Shown here: one piece after another, positions 18,413 to 32,088 of the stretch
Layout of the letters: each line of letters begins with the position of its first letter
Position numbering within the stretch: the stretch's first letter is position 1
DNA from: Gemmatimonadales bacterium
GTDB lineage: Bacteria > Gemmatimonadota > Gemmatimonadetes > Gemmatimonadales > GWC2-71-9
Direction of reading: 5' to 3'
DNA: 64,000 nt
Assembly: GCA_965249575.1 (NCBI GenBank)
Contig: OZ252244.1
Coordinates: forward strand, 1 to 64,000
Made by a program: the position numbers and the translations under genes
The notes under the pieces: model-generated
Told to the model about the DNA's origin: nothing
The model's input: the letters and a program-made list of their open reading frames with translations, nothing else
The model's database searches: none

Positions 18413-19584
18413 GCCGCCGCTCCAAGGCGCTGTCGAAGTCGAGCCGTTAACGTGGGGCCGAGGTACACGTCCGCGACGCGATCGTCGAAGACGAGATCCT
18501 TCACGCTTCCGGATACTTGGACGCGGCCCTCGAACATGATGTAGGCGCGATCGACGATATCCAGTGTCTGCTCCACATTATGGTCGGTGATGAGCACCCC
18601 GATGCCCCGATGGCGCAGGCCCGCGACGATGGTCTGGATGTCGTGAACCGCGATGGGATCGACACCCGCAAACGGCTCGTCGAGCAGCATGAACTTGGGC
18701 TCGGTGACCAAGGCGCGGGTGATCTCGAGCCGGCGGCGCTCCCCACCCGACAGGTTGTAGGCACGCACCCCGCGCAAGTGCTTGATCGACAGCTCGTCGA
18801 GGAGCGACTCGAGCCTCTTCCGTCTCGCCTCCTCCGCAAGGTCGAGGGTCTCCAAAATCGCCATCACGTTCTGCTCGACCGACAGCTTACGAAAAATCGA
18901 TGGCTCTTGAGACAGGTATCCGATACCGCGCCGCGCGCGCTGATACATTGGGAGGCCAGAGATACCTTCCTCGTCAATAAAGATGTGTCCAGCGTCGGGG
19001 CGAACCAACCCGACGATCATGTAGAACGTCGTCGTTTTCCCTGCGCCGTTCGGCCCCAACAGCCCTACGATTTCACCCTGTCGCAGACTGATATCGACCT
19101 CGTCGACGACACGCCGCCCGCGATAGATCTTTGTCAACGCGCGACCTGTGAGGGTGCTGCCCGACACCGCGGCGCTCGGCGGCAGTTCTGCCCCCGGCAC
19201 TGCCGCCTCGGCGAGCGCACGGAGCGAGCTCGCCGCCTCGGCGCGGTTGGCCACCAACCCGCTCCACAACTCCGGCCGCATCCGAACGGTCGATTCTTCG
19301 TCGAAGGTCTCGGGGATCGGCTCCAAGATCCCGTCCGTGACCAGGCGCGGCAGCACCGACGATTGGAGGTGCCGGCGAACCTCATCCATCGAAAGCGCAC
19401 CGCCCTGTCCGGGTCCCTTGCCCAGATCGGCCTGGTGGCGCGCCAGATGATCCTCGCGATAGGCAACAGCCAGGGCTCCAAAAGCCACCGCACCGTCGGA
19501 GCCCGCCGCCCGGAGCAATGCAGTCAACGCCAGTGGCTGGGATGGATCCCGTCCGTGGAGCAGCCCGGTAACACGCTCGATCAC
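18409..19584 (-). CDS. lptB: LPS export ABC ATPase LptB with a long N-terminal extension
   Basis: GPNGAGKTT, GIGYLSQEPSIFR, LSGGERRR, LDEPFAGVDP, ITDHNV; GTG at 19584 overlaps the upstream stop. Confidence 0.93.
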   Translation of the reverse strand: MIERVTGLLHGRDPSQPLALTALLRAAGSDGAVAFGALAVAYREDHLARHQADLGKGPGQGGALSMDEVRRHLQSSVLPRLVTDGILEPIPETFDEESTVRMRPELWSGLVANRAEAASSLRALAEAAVPGAELPPSAAVSGSTLTGRALTKIYRGRRVVDEVDISLRQGEIVGLLGPNGAGKTTTFYMIVGLVRPDAGHIFIDEEGISGLPMYQRARRGIGYLSQEPSIFRKLSVEQNVMAILETLDLAEEARRKRLESLLDELSIKHLRGVRAYNLSGGERRRLEITRALVTEPKFMLLDEPFAGVDPIAVHDIQTIVAGLRHRGIGVLITDHNVEQTLDIVDRAYIMFEGRVQVSGSVKDLVFDDRVADVYLGPTLTARLRQRLGAAA

Positions 19585-20864
19585 GGCTCGGGACCGCCGA
19601 CTGGTTCCAGGTACACGCCATCCCCCTCTCCCCTCACATCGATGCGCTCGAGGCCCGTAGCCTCGAACGTGGCAGCAATCCAAGATCCGCGCGAATACGT
19701 CACCCCCGGTGGTCCGGACCCCGTTTCGCCCTCGACGTGGTACAGGGCGCGAGCATTCCCCCGTGCGTCGAGCGCCACGAGCGCCAGCAGACCGGTCGAC
19801 AAGGTGTCGAACCGTGCTACCAGGCTGTCCCCGCGCATCCAGTCGATGCCCTCAACCAAAACCGACCTAGAGGTAGCATAGGCGTCTCGAAACCCACGAA
19901 CCTCCCTGAGCCGCTGGTTTGGCGAATCGATGGCCAGGGAATCGGCGGTGAATGTGTAGATGATCGACAGGGCCCGCGGCCTGAGTGAATCGCCCCAGGC
20001 CAAGCCAGTCTGGATCCTGTCATCTCCTAGCTCGAACTCAATAGTATCGGCAAGAAGCCGCCATTCACTGCTCATGGCGTCGGCGACACCGACGGACCGG
20101 ACCCAACTGAGACTTCGGTCCTCCAGGCGGAAGTCAATGCGCCGGCCACTCAGGGTGTACTCACCCTCACCCCGCCCCTCAACCTGCGCGTGGCCGAGGA
20201 ACTGCCCTCGATCAGCCTCCAGATCCAGGGTCGCGCTGTCAGCCTCAGCTTCGAAATCGGACCGTGTAACCCGCACCGCGCCCCCTACCCAGGCCGTTGA
20301 GTTGCCTTTCAGGCGAACGCGGTCGCCAACGATCACGTAGGGCTCGAGCGCTCCGGTCGGATCGGCGCCGCCCGCATAGTGGACCAATGGGCGCTTTGGA
20401 GCAAAGAGCTCCGTGGTGTCACGAACGCCCTCCCTGCGCCGGTAATACGTGAGCTCGGGCCCGTTTAGTCGCGATCCGGCATTACGATTGACGAGCTCGA
20501 CGTCCCCGTACGCCTCCAGATGGTCGTCACTCAAGAAGTAGGTCACGAGGCTCGCATCCAGATCGACCACTGAGTCCTGGAACTGGACGTTGCCGATAAA
20601 ATCGATTCGATTCCGGTCCGAATACCAGGCCACGCTGTCGGATCGCATCGCGGTCGGCTCGCCGAGGCACCGAGCCCAAACACCCCCACTACCGAACTGA
20701 TGGAAGCTACCGGCCGATATCTCGATGCTGCGTCCCATGCCGCCGACGCTATCGAGCTGAACGAGGCACGGACCGCCGCGCTGGGCACCTGCGGGAACCG
20801 TGGTCATCGGGAGTCCGAACAGGCCCACCGCCGCCATCGATCCCAACCAGCGGGCGACCGTCAC
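19581..20864 (-). CDS. LptA/OstA-like beta-jellyroll LPS transport protein
   Basis: Signal peptide; repeated beta-strand motifs (ADS, GDV.L); position between lptC and lptB. Confidence 0.7.
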   Translation of the reverse strand: MTVARWLGSMAAVGLFGLPMTTVPAGAQRGGPCLVQLDSVGGMGRSIEISAGSFHQFGSGGVWARCLGEPTAMRSDSVAWYSDRNRIDFIGNVQFQDSVVDLDASLVTYFLSDDHLEAYGDVELVNRNAGSRLNGPELTYYRRREGVRDTTELFAPKRPLVHYAGGADPTGALEPYVIVGDRVRLKGNSTAWVGGAVRVTRSDFEAEADSATLDLEADRGQFLGHAQVEGRGEGEYTLSGRRIDFRLEDRSLSWVRSVGVADAMSSEWRLLADTIEFELGDDRIQTGLAWGDSLRPRALSIIYTFTADSLAIDSPNQRLREVRGFRDAYATSRSVLVEGIDWMRGDSLVARFDTLSTGLLALVALDARGNARALYHVEGETGSGPPGVTYSRGSWIAATFEATGLERIDVRGEGDGVYLEPVGGPEP

Positions 20865-21430
20865 GGTCGGAGCTCCACTTCACCGAGCGTCCCCCGCCGG
20901 GGCCTAGTGGTCACCACGTTTCGGAAGTCCGGGTCCGAGGTAAAGCCCTCACCTTCGAGATGCCGTCCTGGCGCGGTGAAAACGAAGGGCTCTGGACTGA
21001 CGATTTGATCCCGCCGCCGGCCGTAGCTCAGTGCGGAAGTCGTCAGGCGTCGTCCATCAGGTGTCACGGCAACCACGTCGCCCCGAGCCTCCATGTCGCC
21101 GGTGCGCCATTCGTACGTTCCTTCGATGGCGGTAAGCGATGAGGTCTCCGCTCCTTGAGGCGAGTGGAAGATGACATGGACACCGATCAGATCGGCAGTC
21201 TGCGTGTTCTGATAGAAGTACGCGGTATCAGCCTCGACTATGGCGCGAAGCAACCCATCCACCGTCACGCGGTGGTCGAGCCCATACACCACCTGGTCAG
21301 CAGAGTCCGCCGCGGCAACGGTAACCACCGGCTGTGGATCCACCGAGCAGGCGAGGCCACCCCACACACCTGCGGCCACAGCCGAGAGGCGGAGAGAGCA
21401 ACGCGGAAGCGGTGGAATCGTGGAAACCAT
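20861..21430 (-). CDS. lptC: LPS export periplasmic protein LptC
   Basis: ADTAY, MEARGDVV, LTT..L.Y, G.GF.SD.DF; position upstream of lptA/lptB; ATG at 21430 inferred. Confidence 0.78.
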   Translation of the reverse strand: MVSTIPPLPRCSLRLSAVAAGVWGGLACSVDPQPVVTVAAADSADQVVYGLDHRVTVDGLLRAIVEADTAYFYQNTQTADLIGVHVIFHSPQGAETSSLTAIEGTYEWRTGDMEARGDVVAVTPDGRRLTTSALSYGRRRDQIVSPEPFVFTAPGRHLEGEGFTSDPDFRNVVTTRPRRGTLGEVELRP

Positions 21431-21450
21431 CGGGGATCGGACGCGGCCGA

Positions 21451-24648
<3,198 letters not shown>

Positions 24649-24653
24649 GGCCC

Positions 24654-24682
24654 AAGCTAACTAAAGAGGGTGCCCCTGTCAA
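24654..24682 (-). promoter_or_regulatory. Putative sigma70 promoter of kdsB (leaderless type)
   Basis: Minus strand TTGACA-N17-TAGCTT, then 5 nt to the kdsB ATG; no SD. Confidence 0.65.
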
Positions 24683-24699
24683 AAGTCGTGCCGCGGCGG

Positions 24700-25289
<590 letters not shown>

Positions 25290-25290
<1 letters not shown>

Positions 25291-26201
25291 CAGGCGCGCG
25301 GGTGGAAGCTCTTGTGCACACTGCGGAGGTAGTCCCGGTCGACATGTGTATAGAGCTGCGTCGTCGAGAGGTCGGCATGCCCCAGCATCTCCTGTACAGC
25401 CCGGAGGTCGGCCCCGCCCTCGAGAAGGTGCGTCGCAAAGGTATGCCGCAGGGTGTGGGGTGTAACTCGCTTATGGATGCCGGCCTGGCCGGCGCATCGC
25501 TTGATGATCCCCCAGGCCCCCACCCTCGAAAGCGGCCGCCCGCGCGCGTTCAGGAACAACGCGCCGCCCCCTTCGCCTCGATCCAGAGACGGCCGGACTT
25601 CCCGACCGTACAACGCCACCGCACCAAGCGCCCGACGGCCGATGGGAACTAGGCGCTCCTTGTTCCCTTTCCCGTGAACCCGCAGCAGGCCGTCATCGAA
25701 CCAGACGTCACCGTTAGCAAGCGACACGAGCTCTGACACCCTCACCCCACCGCCGTAGGCTACCTCAAGCAAGGCCCGGTCTCGCCAGGCAAGCGGTTGA
25801 TCCGCATTGGGGGCGCCCAGCAGTGCCTCGACCTCGCTCACAGACAACACGCCCGGCAGCTTGCGCCACCCCTTGGGTGATTCGAGCTCATTGGACGGGT
25901 CGCTTTTCAGGTACCCTTCAGAGACGAGGAACCGGAAGTAGCCCCGCAGGGCGGAGATTTGTCGCCGAATACTGGCCGGCGCCAGCCCGATGTCTTTGAG
26001 GTGAAACACGAGGTCGCGGAGCAGCTTCGGCGTCACGTTGGACGGGATGCTCACCCCTTGCGACACAGCGTAGGTCACGAACCGCCCGACGTCTCTGGCG
26101 TAGTTGGAAACCGTGTTCGCGCTGTTCCCGGCCTCCATGTGCAGATAATCGCGGAAAGATTCGATCCTGAAGGCGAGGCCTGCCTGAGCGCTTTTCTTCA
26201 T
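25290..26201 (-). CDS. xerD: Tyrosine recombinase XerD
   Basis: [41 protein letters not shown]-terminal HPRA. Confidence 0.9.
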
Positions 26202-26830
26202 CCGCGAGGGCGCGGTGTTCTAGCGCGACGCCGATAGATCCAAACGACAACCGTAGCTGCCACTGCGATCGCCAATACCGCTGCACCCACGTTGACGCCC
26301 CGGAGCAGTGCTATCACATCGTCGAGTTCGCGCACCAACTGGAGCGAAAAGTAGGTGAGGGCGCCATACCAAAGACCAGACGCTACCGCGGTCGGTGCCA
26401 GCGCGCGAACGGCGCCCAGGCCGGCGACGCCGGCAAACGCCGGGACCACGGATCGGACGCCCGGCACGAATCGACTCAAGAAGATCGCCCAGGTGCCGTA
26501 CTTCTCGTACCAGGATTCCACGCGCTCGAACGCGTCGGGGCGAACGAGCTGCCGCCCCAGCCGGCTCATGAAAAACCCCCGCCCCGCGGTCCGGGCTGCA
26601 CCGTAGACGGCTGCTGCACTAGCCACGTTGGCAGCCCACGTTACGGCAAATACGATCCACGGGGAAACACGTCCCCCGTCCGAGAGCAGTACGCCGAACA
26701 CGACCGCCGTATCCACCGGTACCGGTGGGAATACGTTCTCGACCGCGGCCAACACGGCGATGACTCCATAGACAGCTTCCGGGGGAAGTGTCAGCAGCAG
26801 CTCGAGCCATCGCTCGAACAGGCTAGGCAC
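26198..26830 (-). CDS. DedA-family membrane protein
   Basis: ENVFPPVP.D, SRFVPGVRSVVPAFAG. Confidence 0.87.
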   Translation of the reverse strand: MPSLFERWLELLLTLPPEAVYGVIAVLAAVENVFPPVPVDTAVVFGVLLSDGGRVSPWIVFAVTWAANVASAAAVYGAARTAGRGFFMSRLGRQLVRPDAFERVESWYEKYGTWAIFLSRFVPGVRSVVPAFAGVAGLGAVRALAPTAVASGLWYGALTYFSLQLVRELDDVIALLRGVNVGAAVLAIAVAATVVVWIYRRRARTPRPRG

Positions 26831-27302
26831 CCCCGATCGATGCCACGGCGAACACCTGTAGGCCCTTACCCTTCCCCACCATGTCCATCTTCTCGTTGGT
26901 CTTCGCCTTCACCGAAACCGCGCTCTCCGGCAGGTCCAACACCGCCGCGAGTCGCGCCCGCATGGCATCGATGTGCGGGGCCAGCTTTGGCACTTCGGTC
27001 ACAACCGTCGCGTCGACATTGACGATCTGATAGCTCGCGGCGGTGACCCGCCGTTTCACCTCGCCGAGGAGCTTGAGCGACTCAGCTCCCCTCCAGCGCT
27101 CGTCCGTGTCGGGAAACAGCTGTCCGATGTTACCCATCGCCACGGCCCCCAACAGCGCATCGATGACAGCGTGAACCAGCGCATCCCCATCCGAGTGGCC
27201 GTCGAGGCCGCTAGAGTGCTCGATCTCGACACCGCCGAGCTTTAGGGGCCGGTCAGCACCGAACCGATGGGAGTCGTATCCCAGTCCGAACCGTTGACGC
27301 AT
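26823..27302 (-). CDS. ispF: 2-C-methyl-D-erythritol 2,4-cyclodiphosphate synthase
   Basis: GYDSH, GHSDGD..HA..DALLGA, IG..FPDTD, KAKTNE. Confidence 0.95.
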   Translation of the reverse strand: MRQRFGLGYDSHRFGADRPLKLGGVEIEHSSGLDGHSDGDALVHAVIDALLGAVAMGNIGQLFPDTDERWRGAESLKLLGEVKRRVTAASYQIVNVDATVVTEVPKLAPHIDAMRARLAAVLDLPESAVSVKAKTNEKMDMVGKGKGLQVFAVASIGGA

Positions 27303-27358
27303 GGGGGGATGATAGAGGGTACGGGAGACCCGCGGTAGGCCGGGGGCTTGTCAACGAC

Positions 27359-27763
27359 CTACGCGTTGAGAATACGAATCGCGAGCCCAGCCGCGTTCTT
27401 GGCGTTGCCGATCCCAACCGTACCAACCGGGCAGCCGCTCGGCAGCTGGGCGATGGCGTAGAGGGCGTCGACCCCGCGGAGCGGCCCCACGTCGAGTGGC
27501 AGACCGACGACCGGCAGGTCGCTCAGTGCGGCCACTGCCCCAGGGAGCGCGGCTGCTAAACCCGCCGCGGCAATGATCACTCGGTACCCATCCTTCCGCG
27601 CGTCGCGGGCGATTCGGGCAGTCTGCTCGGAGTTGCGGTGAGCCGACGACACGACGAAGTCGTACCCAACCCCAGCCTCGTCTAGCACCGCAAAGGCCGA
27701 CGCCACCCGTTCCCGGTCCGACTCGGACCCGACGAGGATCAAGACCGGGTTCTCTCCGGCCAC
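27359..27763 (-). CDS. purE: PurE-family AIR carboxylase / N5-CAIR mutase (short variant)
   Basis: GSESD, SSAHR, AAGLAAALPG, PVVGLP, AIAQLPSG.PVGTV, NAA; GTG at 27763 inferred. Confidence 0.88.
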   Translation of the reverse strand: MAGENPVLILVGSESDRERVASAFAVLDEAGVGYDFVVSSAHRNSEQTARIARDARKDGYRVIIAAAGLAAALPGAVAALSDLPVVGLPLDVGPLRGVDALYAIAQLPSGCPVGTVGIGNAKNAAGLAIRILNA

Positions 27764-27764
27764 C

Positions 27765-28820
27765 CTACGCCGCCACCTCGTCGCTGATGATCGAGTAATC
27801 CTGCCTCCGTCTCGCCGGTCTGAACCCGGCATCCACGATGCACTCCCTCATCTCGTTGAGCGTCGCCCGATTTGCGGTACCGGCGGCCGATACCACATTT
27901 TCCTCGATCATCAGCGACCCGAAATCGTTGCACCCGAATTGCAGCGCTATCTGTCCCACCTTGAGCCCCATCGTCACCCAGGACGCCTGCAGGTTGGGCA
28001 CGTTGTCCAGGACCAACCGGGCGATCGCGACGGTTCGCAGGTATGTGTGTGAATCGGTCTTCGGCGTCCCCTCCATCTCTGTGTTTTCCGGCTGAAGCGG
28101 CCAACAGATGAAGGCGGTGAATCCGCCGGTCCGCGCCTGGAGGTCCCGCACTCGGAATAGATGCTCGATGCGATCGGCCAAGGTCTCCCCGAGCCCGTAC
28201 ATCATTGTGACCGACGTCTTCATGCCGAATCTGTGGGCGGTTTCCATGACCTCCAACCACCGGTCGGCGCCCGCCTTCTTACGCGCCACGCGGTCGCGGA
28301 CCTCCTGAACCAGGATCTCCCCTCCCCCGCCAGGAATCGAGTCGAGCCCAGCGGCCGCAAGCTGCTGGATGACTTCCTCTACCGTCATTCGAAAGCGGGA
28401 GGCAAAGAAGTCCACCTCCGACGGGGAGAATCCGTGGATGTGAATCGGGTGGTTCTGCTTGATGTACCGCAACAGGTCCAGATACCACGCGAAGGGAATG
28501 TAGGGGTTGTGCCCTCCCTGCATGAGGATCTGCACGGCTCCCAGTTCCTTGGCTTCGTCGATTTTCCGCCCAATCTTCTCGAACGACAGCACGTATCCTT
28601 CATGGTGTTTCGGTCGCCGATAGAATGCACAGAACTTGCAATCGGCCACGCACACGTTGGTGTAATTGACATTGCGATCGACGATGTAGGTAACGACCCC
28701 ATCCGAATGGAGGGCCCGGCGCCGCTCATCCGCGAGCGTACCAAGTTCGAGCAACGGCGCTCGGGCGTACAGGTCGAGAAACGAACGGAACTCGGACGAA
28801 CGACGCTCGATCACGTTCAA
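27765..28820 (-). CDS. mqnC: Cyclic dehypoxanthinyl futalosine synthase (radical SAM)
   Basis: VTYIVDRNVNYTNVCVADCKFCAF, PGGGGEIL, QASWVT.G, DFGS.MIEENVV. Confidence 0.9.
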   Translation of the reverse strand: MNVIERRSSEFRSFLDLYARAPLLELGTLADERRRALHSDGVVTYIVDRNVNYTNVCVADCKFCAFYRRPKHHEGYVLSFEKIGRKIDEAKELGAVQILMQGGHNPYIPFAWYLDLLRYIKQNHPIHIHGFSPSEVDFFASRFRMTVEEVIQQLAAAGLDSIPGGGGEILVQEVRDRVARKKAGADRWLEVMETAHRFGMKTSVTMMYGLGETLADRIEHLFRVRDLQARTGGFTAFICWPLQPENTEMEGTPKTDSHTYLRTVAIARLVLDNVPNLQASWVTMGLKVGQIALQFGCNDFGSLMIEENVVSAAGTANRATLNEMRECIVDAGFRPARRRQDYSIISDEVAA

Positions 28821-29638
28821 GCCACCGAGAGAAAAGCCAAAGACCCGTCGCGCACCATTCCGCGCGCCGCCAACCGCCGCAAGAAGCTGGTCAGCCCCTC
28901 CAGGTGCCTATAGAAAAGTGCATAGTCGAGGCCGCTCAGATAGCGCTCGCAATCGCCCGCGGCAATCCCCGTTGTCTCCGCGGCGGCGAGCGCCAAGGTC
29001 CCCAGGTGGGAAAGCCCCCAGTCCCGAGCAACCACCAACCGCCGATGGAGACTCCGCACGCCGGCGCCCTCGGCCTCCCGCCGGGCCGCCCACACCGCAA
29101 AGACGAATGGCAGGCCGGTCCACTGCTTCCAAACCTCTCCCAGGTCGTATTGGTGCGGATAGGTACCGGCAACTGATAGCAGGAGCGCCGGATCCCCGAT
29201 CACCAGGACGGCCTCGTGCGGCAGGGTCCGCAGGTGCTCCAAGTCAGTCGCTTCCGCACGCGCCTCGACGAAGGCGGGACGCACGTTCCACACCTCGCGA
29301 CAGAGCAGCTCGAGCAGGAGCACGGACGTTCGTGACGAGGCGGACACGAGACACGTCGCGCCGCTCAGCTCGCGAACGTCTCGGCGCGTGAACAGCATTA
29401 CGCTACGCACCGGGCCGTCGCACGAGATGGCGAGGTCCGGGAGGAGGTTGTAGCACGCGGCGTTACGCGCGTACTCCACTGCGGAGATCACGGACACATC
29501 CAGCTCCCCAGCTGCCAACAAGTCATTCAATTCCGAGGGCGTACCGGTCACCAGCTCGGCTGCTAGCTCGACCTCACCCCGGTCGATCGCTCCGTACACC
29601 GGGTAGCAGTTGATGTAGCCGATCCGTCCGAGCCGCAT
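28817..29638 (-). CDS. mqnA: Chorismate dehydratase (futalosine pathway)
   Basis: GRIGYIN..P, GTPSELN, G.V.SV, SRTS, LVIGDPAL, DLG..W...TGLPFVFAVW. Confidence 0.9.
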   Translation of the reverse strand: MRLGRIGYINCYPVYGAIDRGEVELAAELVTGTPSELNDLLAAGELDVSVISAVEYARNAACYNLLPDLAISCDGPVRSVMLFTRRDVRELSGATCLVSASSRTSVLLLELLCREVWNVRPAFVEARAEATDLEHLRTLPHEAVLVIGDPALLLSVAGTYPHQYDLGEVWKQWTGLPFVFAVWAARREAEGAGVRSLHRRLVVARDWGLSHLGTLALAAAETTGIAAGDCERYLSGLDYALFYRHLEGLTSFLRRLAARGMVRDGSLAFLSVA

Positions 29639-30843
29639 CAAGGTGCGCCGTTCCTCGCGACATCGAGAGATGCTCGCTCCGACACGCCCCCATCAGGCTG
29701 TTGATGCGCCCAAGTCGGGTCATTCCGACCAAACGTCCGGATCGGGCGATACAACGAGTCGCGCTCAATTGGCTCCTTACCTGCGGCGGCGATGAATCGG
29801 ACGACCTCGTCATAAGACATCATCATGGGGGTGTCCGCCCCCGCCTCATGATAGATCCGCTCGTATACGACCGTGCCCTCGAGATCATCACACCCGAAGT
29901 CGAGGGCGACTTGCGACAGGAATGGGGTAACCATCGGCCAGTGCGTTTTAACGTGGGGAATGTTATCCAAGAACAACCGCCCAACGGCGATGTTCTTGAG
30001 GTCGGCATATCCGGTCGTCGCGCGGCCCACCCGCCCCAGCTCCTCCCCGAGAGCGTTGTGATCCGGGTGGTACGCTAACGGAATGTACGTGAGAAAGCCT
30101 CCGGTCTCATCCTGCAGCTCCCGGAGCATGGCGAGGTGATCGACACGATCCTCGATTCCCTCGACGTGACCGTAGAGCATCGTGCAGTTGGTTGGGATGC
30201 CCAGACCGTGGGCCTCCCGATGTATTTGAAGCCACTCATCCGCGACGAGCTTACGAGCCGCGATGGTGGCCCGCACGGCCGTCGAGAACACTTCCGCTCC
30301 GCCTCCGGGCAAGCTGGTCAATCCAGCCTGTTGCAGTGCGCGCAGGACCTCGAGGCTCGCAAGCCCCTCGATTCTGGCGAGGTGCGCTATCTCGACGGCG
30401 GTTAGCGCCTTAATCTGCACCTGCGGATGGCGTTGGCGCAGTCCCGAGATCAGGTCGGTGTAGTACGAGAGACGCAACTTGGGATGTAAGCCGCCAACGA
30501 TGTGGAATTCGCGCGTTGGATTGTCGCGGGCCGTTTCGGCTTCCGCAAACACCTCTTCGAGCGTCCGCGTGTAGGCCCCGTCCTCTTTGGGCGTCCTCGC
30601 GAACGAACAAAAGGTGCACGTCTTTCGCAACACACACACGTTCGTAGGATTGATGTGCTGGTTCGCTGCGAAACACACCCGATCCCCGTTCGTGCGGCGA
30701 TTCGCAAGATCCGCCAAGGCGCCTAACCCCAGGAGATCCGAGGTCTGAAACAGTTCGACCGCATCGTCTCGAGACAGCCGCTCTCCGGCCTCCACCTTGC
30801 CCGCAATCGAACCCAGCCGCGGGTCGCTCGGCTCGATTCTCAA
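29638..30843 (-). CDS. mqnE: Aminodeoxyfutalosine synthase (radical SAM)
   Basis: NPTNVC....C.FCSF, HIVGGLHP, KALTAVEI, PGGGAEVF, TMLYGH.E, GTVV.ERIYHEAGA. Confidence 0.88.
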   Translation of the reverse strand: MRIEPSDPRLGSIAGKVEAGERLSRDDAVELFQTSDLLGLGALADLANRRTNGDRVCFAANQHINPTNVCVLRKTCTFCSFARTPKEDGAYTRTLEEVFAEAETARDNPTREFHIVGGLHPKLRLSYYTDLISGLRQRHPQVQIKALTAVEIAHLARIEGLASLEVLRALQQAGLTSLPGGGAEVFSTAVRATIAARKLVADEWLQIHREAHGLGIPTNCTMLYGHVEGIEDRVDHLAMLRELQDETGGFLTYIPLAYHPDHNALGEELGRVGRATTGYADLKNIAVGRLFLDNIPHVKTHWPMVTPFLSQVALDFGCDDLEGTVVYERIYHEAGADTPMMMSYDEVVRFIAAAGKEPIERDSLYRPIRTFGRNDPTWAHQQPDGGVSERASLDVARNGAP

Positions 30844-30846
30844 TGG

Positions 30847-32088
30847 TTAGCCCTCATAGCGACGAACCGCCAAGCAAGCATTGTGTCCCCCAAACCCAAA
30901 GGAGTTCGACAGCGCGGCGTCGATGGATCGCGTCAACTTACCATTCGCCGCGCACTCCAGATCGCACTCCGGATCGGACTGCTCTTGATTGATCGTGGGA
31001 GGGATGATCCCGTTTTGGATTGCAAGCGTGCAAATGGCGAACTCCAAGCCGCCGGCGGCGCCCAGTAAATGGCCGGTCATGGACTTGGTGGACCCACAGA
31101 CGAGTTCCTTGGCGCGCTCGCCGAACACCCGCTTCACGGCCGCGACTTCGGCAACATCTCCGTGCTGCGTGGACGTTCCGTGAGCATTGATGTACCCGAC
31201 ATCCCCTGGCGCTAGCTCAGCGTCCTTGAGACAGTCCGCCATCGCCCGCGTGGCACCCTCCCCACCCGGGGAGGGTTGAGTGATGTGGTAGGCATCGGCA
31301 CTCATGCCGTATCCTGCCACCTCAGAGTAGATGCGGGCGCCCCGCTCGAGGGCCCCCTCCCGGGATTCCAGCACCACAATTCCAGCGCCGTCCCCCATGA
31401 CGAAGCCATCGCGAGCCTTGTCAAACGGGCGGGACGCACGCTCCGGCTCGTCGTTCCGCATCGACAAGGCCTTCATGTTGGTGAAACCGGCGATGGCCAG
31501 GGGCGTGATGGCCGCCTCGGCACCACCGGCGATCATGACGTCGGCCGCGCCGCTCTGCACGAGCCGGAACGCTTCCCCGATCGCGTGGGCGGACGACGCA
31601 CAAGCGGATACCGTGCAATAGTTTGGCCCCTTGGCCCCCAGCCGGATCGCGACGACACCAGCCGCGATGTCGGGAATGAACATCGGGACGAAAAACGGCG
31701 ACACGCGTCGCGGGCCCTCGGTCAGGAATGCCTTGCACTGCTCCTCGAATGTCCAGATCCCACCGATCCCGCTCCCGATGATCACGCCGGTGCGGTGAGG
31801 CGCCGCCATACTCCCGTTGAACCCCGCGTCGATTCGCGCTTGTTCCGCCGCGGCAATCGCGAACTGCAAGAACAGGTCGTACCGCCTCGCTTCCTTGCGG
31901 TCGATGTACTGCAAGGGATCGAAACCCTTCACCTCGCATCCGAAACGAACATCGAGATTCGACGGATCAAAGCGTTTGATCGGTGCGGCACCCGAGCGGC
32001 CCTCAATCAGGCCTTCCCATGTGACCGACGCTGACAGGCCGAGGGGCGAGACGATCCCGATGCCCGTAACAACGACCCTACGACGCAA
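30847..32088 (-). CDS. fabF: 3-oxoacyl-ACP synthase II
   Basis: SACASS, NAHGTST, KSMTGHLLGAAG, SNSFGFGGHN. Confidence 0.96.
   Translation of the reverse strand: MRRRVVVTGIGIVSPLGLSASVTWEGLIEGRSGAAPIKRFDPSNLDVRFGCEVKGFDPLQYIDRKEARRYDLFLQFAIAAAEQARIDAGFNGSMAAPHRTGVIIGSGIGGIWTFEEQCKAFLTEGPRRVSPFFVPMFIPDIAAGVVAIRLGAKGPNYCTVSACASSAHAIGEAFRLVQSGAADVMIAGGAEAAITPLAIAGFTNMKALSMRNDEPERASRPFDKARDGFVMGDGAGIVVLESREGALERGARIYSEVAGYGMSADAYHITQPSPGGEGATRAMADCLKDAELAPGDVGYINAHGTSTQHGDVAEVAAVKRVFGERAKELVCGSTKSMTGHLLGAAGGLEFAICTLAIQNGIIPPTINQEQSDPECDLECAANGKLTRSIDAALSNSFGFGGHNACLAVRRYEG

Noticed and set aside
18517..19881. 454-aa ORF on the + strand (likewise 22203-23525, 37019-38218, 47788-48771)
   Set aside because: In-register antisense shadows of conserved genes (lptB, pyrG, EIIA-CBS, nuoL).
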